This document shows, one piece after another, positions 59,994 through 64,000 of a DNA stretch of 64,000 nt. The notes beneath the pieces are model-generated. The model was given only the letters and a program-made list of their open reading frames with translations, was not told where the DNA came from and searched no databases. The stretch lies in assembly GCA_043228905.1 (NCBI GenBank), contig JBHGNT010000001.1, positions 26,784,001 to 26,848,000 on the forward strand, in the 5' to 3' direction. The translations under genes were made by a program, and so were the position numbers. The DNA is from Azolla caroliniana. Its lineage: Eukaryota; Plantae; Polypodiophyta. Within the stretch, counting starts at the first letter, position 1. Each line of letters begins with the position of its first letter.

Positions 59994-62939
59994 AACCACC
60001 GATTCGAGTATGGGGCACTCGACGGTTCGAGGATTCCCATCTTGACCTTCTGCTTTAACAGCTCCATTAGCTTCGGGATGTGAGCTCTGGGTACTGGAAT
60101 TGGTTTGAGACTCCACGACACATGCGATACCGTGAATATCACCATCGGCTCCACGATTGTCGGGTCTACGCACCCGATCTCCTCCGGTGAGAATGCGAAA
60201 GCCTTCCCGTGCCTTCCGAGCATTCCCCAAAAACGATCCTCTTCCGCCTGTAGTAGGAAGCCGCCCCCACCAATTTTGAGCTCGCGCAGCGTTATGTCGG
60301 TGAACGTGTCTCCTATGCTGGCCTGTTTTCGTAAACTCGAGTCCGACGCAACCCCCTTTATTCGCAACTCGTTGCCCTCCGGCAAGGGAGCCGCGACCGG
60401 CCTCACCTTCCGGTCCATAGTCTTGTACCTCGTGTCCACCCATGTCGTCCGATCCGACTTGAACCCTCTACTGAAGTCCGCGATGACTTCGTACATCCTT
60501 TCCGAACATACCGGAATCGTCCGGTCTTCTTTAAGGACTCCTCCGACTACCTCTCGCAGCTACCCCAAGGTATCGTCGAAAGAGACCGCCTCCACGGCTC
60601 CGTTGATTTCCTCTCCAAGGCCGAGGATACCACATGCCCGGAGTCGCTCCTCTGCCCTTTTCTTCTTCCGGCTAACGTCGACTATCGTACACCCTCCGTT
60701 GTCAGAGAACCAAAATTTCCTACTTATAGTACAGGTCTTCTTTGCTATCATACACTGGTGGGGTTTTCCCGGAGTGTCCGGACTATCGCGGCCCCACGCC
60801 TTGATAGCCCTCTCTAAAAATCCTCTCAGCTTTCGCCCCCGAGGGTCTCGCGGTTCCGCTCATGGTTCGGTCTCACCGTCAGGAACTGGACCAAGTGACG
60901 CCCATCCTGGCTCTTGACCCTTGCATAGGCCGAGCCATTGTCTAGCACCTTGGTGTCCATCCGTGCTGCCGTGATGTACGGTTCTCCTAGTATAACTGGA
61001 TGTGAGGACGTCTCCTGCACGAAGAAGTGCTGGTCAATCTCGACATCGCCGATCTTTACTCGTACATTCGGGCAGGCTCCATGCAGTTCTTCGGTGCCAT
61101 GCGTTGCTGCCCGTATCTTCCACCTGTGCTTGGTCTTGATCGGCCATTTCCCCTTCTTGTAGAAGTCCATGGACATCAAATTGATTTCTGAACCGTGGTC
61201 CACCAACACCACCACTGGCTCATGAACTTCTCCGATCTTCACGGGGGTCTCCATAGTCGCTCTGGCCCAATGCGGCCTCGAATAGTGGCTCTCGCCAACT
61301 TGTCTTCCAGCGCCATGTCCTCTATGTGCGTCGTTCGCACCTCCACCGGCTTCTCCGGTTCTTCCTCCGCCGATAGCCTCTTCCTCTTCACCAAGTCTAC
61401 GATGGAGTCGTGGAACTCCTTCTTGGCGATCCCGAGCACTTCCCTCAGTGACAGTTCCACCTTGCTGTCGAGGATTCGTTCCTCCAGGACCTTTCGCAGG
61501 TCCGTGGTTCTTTCGATTCCTGTGCCCAACCGGTACCCGCCCCTCTTGGGAATATCCTGGGCGCCGGTCACACCGGCCTCATTCCGCCTTTGCCCGAACC
61601 GAGTTTCATATCGTTGCGAGGGCCCGGCTCCTCCGGTTTTCCCTACCCGCTTGTCCTCCACCAGAGCCTCGTAGTTTTGACAAGCGGCTTCGACGAAGCC
61701 CGTCTTCTCTTCCACCGGATCACTCCATCCGGTTACCTCCCGGACCCATTTTTCTACGCGGTCCGCCTCTTCTTTCCGTAATCGCGCGCCGGCGAGGCCT
61801 TCTAGCATCGTCGGCCAGAACCCGGCTTTGTTCGTCTTCGGGGCCTCGCCACCTCCGACCCGAATACCAGCTGACGCCGAGCAATGGACGGTCTCCGTGT
61901 GATGAGCCGCCGCCTCCTCCATCAGCCTTTTCATACCTCCCCGCCCGATATTCAGGTCCAGGGCCCTTCGGGTCTCACTGGCGTGCACCCGACCGTTCCA
62001 CAGGTACACCACGTTGCTTTTCATCGCCTCGGCGAAGTCCCCGGAGTCTTTCCGGATGTGTCCAACCGCATCACACCACATGCACCTGTTTCCAGCCAGA
62101 GGTCGTCAGTCACGGCCCTGTTTGCCACTGTCCCTCCGTGCCTGGGCGATCTGGAGATCCTTTACCATCCGCGTCAGTTCCTCCAGAGCTGCTCCCCCGG
62201 ACCAGCCCTTGACCATGCCAGTCGAATCTGATCCGGTCTCGAGCCAATCTCGGGTCTCTTCCCCTCGCGTTGGTGGTGTTGGCTCGTGCTTCCTTGCTGC
62301 GACAGGGCCCGCCCCCGTCGATCCTTTGTCCACCCATTCCCGTTGTTTGTCGAAACGGCCACAAACCCTCTTCACCACGGCCCAATCGGCCGTTAGCCCA
62401 TCATCAGTCTCCAATAGGAGGCCTACTTGCTCCCGATCCCGCTTGTCAACTGACTTAACAAACAATAGGACACGGCTTGTGTCCAGAACGGTTCGGTCAA
62501 GCACCGAGAGGCGCGCGAAGCGTTCCTCAAACTCCCGAAGGAGCACCGACACGTTCCTTCCTTTGTCGGGGGTCTCCACCCACTCCATGAAGTCCCGCTT
62601 CGAAAGTCGAAGCGCATCTTCAAGCCCGTATTTTTCGAGGAGCCGACCTTCGAACTCCTCCTAGGTCCGGCTCTCGGCCCGTACCTCGAGCACCTCCGAA
62701 TGGATGCCCGGCATCGCCACTCGAGGGAATCCGGCTAGACACCTCTCTTCCAGAATGTCCCTCATTACCATCTCAGCCCGGTAGGACGCCAAGTAGCTCG
62801 TGGCATCCTTCCCACTAAAACGGCCGATCGTACCGACAACCGCCTCGATAGCCCTATCAAGGGCGCCTGTGCCTTCGCGCGCACTCACTATACGGTTCAC
62901 AGCCGAAGCCATGGCTTCTGCGAGGTCCGACCCCCTCAT
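59994..62939 (-). pseudogene. gag: F gag-protease (60814-62939) and 5' pol (59994-60813), disrupted
   Basis: MRGSDLAEAMAS..., CMWCDAVGH, VDHGSEINLM, KVRPVAAPLP; highly similar to A. Confidence 0.92.
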
Positions 62940-62982
62940 CTTCTACTCCTCTGCCGCCTGTTCACGTCGGGTTCACCAAATA

Positions 62983-63671
62983 TGTTGCGTTGTTACGCGC
63001 GTGCGTGGAGAACAAGGCGGGACCACTGGGGTCTTGGACCGAGGAATAGGTGAGGAAAAAGAGAGAGAGAGAGAGAGAGAGAGATCACTCACGTATAGAC
63101 AAAGAAACGCACGGGGACGCCGCACAACAACACAGGAGACACGAATTGAGAACACTAGAGTATGTACGTAAATATAGGCATGTATTTGTATGTATGCAGA
63201 CGACTTGAACGATTACAGCCGATCAGGTCGACGAGGTGGATGCCGACGCCTGATCACCCACGCACACAGGAGAGCAAGATGGAGATTCTGCCGGAAGCTC
63301 ACAGGCGTTCCACGGAGCAGAATCAACCTCCTGAGAACCTGCGCAAAAGAAACTATGGAGAACGACAGAGAAGAAGAGCTCGGTCCCAGTCCGACAACAC
63401 TTCGTTCCCTCTAGCGCGTGATCCCCTTCTCTCCCCGTCTCCCTCTCTTTTATAGCTCAAGGAGGGAGGCCGTCTTACCCGTTTACATCACATTAATTCT
63501 CTGTCCTTTCGGGCAGAGATACTCCTCGATTCTCCCTATAGAATATTACTACCTAGGATCTGACATTTGTGCCTACCTATCTACTATACAACAAAGGGCG
63601 TGCCCACATGTAAGGGCCGGTTCACACACGCTGTACACAGTTTGCCCCTGGGGACGGTTTTCTTCACGACA
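62983..63671 (-). repeat. F 5' LTR (689 bp, contains (GA)n)
   Basis: Direct repeat of 32230-32253 plus 41113-41809. Confidence 0.95.
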
Positions 63672-64000
63672 ATGTAGAATCCACCCTGACACCGTAACCA
63701 ACAACATGATTCACGCTGCTCTGAACCTTGCGCGAGGCGGAGACCATGAGGTTGAAATCCCTCCCCAGTCGACCCTCAAGGAATATTTTGGGATGTATTC
63801 AATGTCGGGAAAAGCTTACCGCACTTACGGAGGGCCAAACAAGGCTTTTGGGGAGATCGCCCGGATTTTGATGGAATATGCCTTTGTGCATACAAATCCC
63901 ACGAGTATGCCACAATTAAAGCTGCCATCATCATCAGAGCATATGAAGGCGACAAAATCGATTGGGGAATCATCACCGGTGAAGGAGTCCGTGCAACACT
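63672..64000 (+). pseudogene. Continuation of the C extra 3' ORF (frameshifted)
   Basis: Translates, with frameshifts, as ...LKEYFG.YSMSGKAYRTYGGPNKAFGEIARILMEYAFV...KAAIIIRAYEGDKIDW, matching E EYFGEYSISSKAYRTQGGENLLFGEVARAMMEYGFV...RAAFLIATYEGLQVDW. Confidence 0.85.

Larger units (their letters stand above)
32230..63671 (-). mobile_element. Element F: tRNA-Trp-primed Gypsy element (A family) hosting D and E
   Basis: 5' LTR 62983-63671; 3' LTR split into 32230-32253 and 41113-41809; PBS 62962-62978; PPT 41810-41826; TSD ATGT at 63672-63675, with the left copy overlapping the LTR end at 32229-32232. Confidence 0.92.
12746..64000 (+). mobile_element. Element C: non-chromovirus Ty3/Gypsy element (tRNA-Arg-type PBS, extra 3' ORF), hosting B and F; 3' end lies outside the window
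   Basis: 5' LTR 12746-13237, PBS 13243-13253, gag-pol 13561-18494, extra ORF split at 32116-32229 and 63672-64000; continuity shown by the TSDs of B (CACGC) and F (ATGT) and by ORF homology to E. Confidence 0.85.

Overview
Eukaryotic, plant-type intergenic DNA with no recognisable host gene; a bryophyte or moss origin is inferred from the element types and is not proven. Bases 1-8100 are AT-rich, CpG-poor decayed sequence with a LINE remnant and a Mutator-type MITE. From about 8100 to the end lies a deeply nested LTR-retrotransposon cluster that can be rebuilt from LTR pairs and target-site duplications (TSDs). Chromovirus fragment I (11017-12077) is abutted by minus-strand chromovirus B2 (12078-12745). 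B2 is interrupted by Gypsy element C (12746 to beyond 64000). C hosts chromovirus B (18976-32080), which hosts A (21275-28589). C also hosts element F (32230-63671). F carries D (32254-41108, holding solo LTR G at 39553-40274) in its 3' LTR, and E (44507-59988) in its RT. E hosts Copia element H (51119-56692). Most unusual signals: (1) E has no polypurine tract; a sense copy of a tRNA 3' end including CCA sits 2 nt before its 3' LTR, the geometry expected if a tRNA primed plus-strand synthesis. (2) LTRs of two different Gypsy lineages carry antisense tRNA-like (Pol III A/B-box) cassettes in U3. (3) C and E share a large extra 3' ORF. Also present are a Tf1-like self-priming site, heat-shock-element arrays, two -1 frameshift pseudoknots and CpG-centred 4-bp TSDs. 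All calls are from manual reading; tRNA identities are recalled from plant tRNA sequences and need database confirmation.
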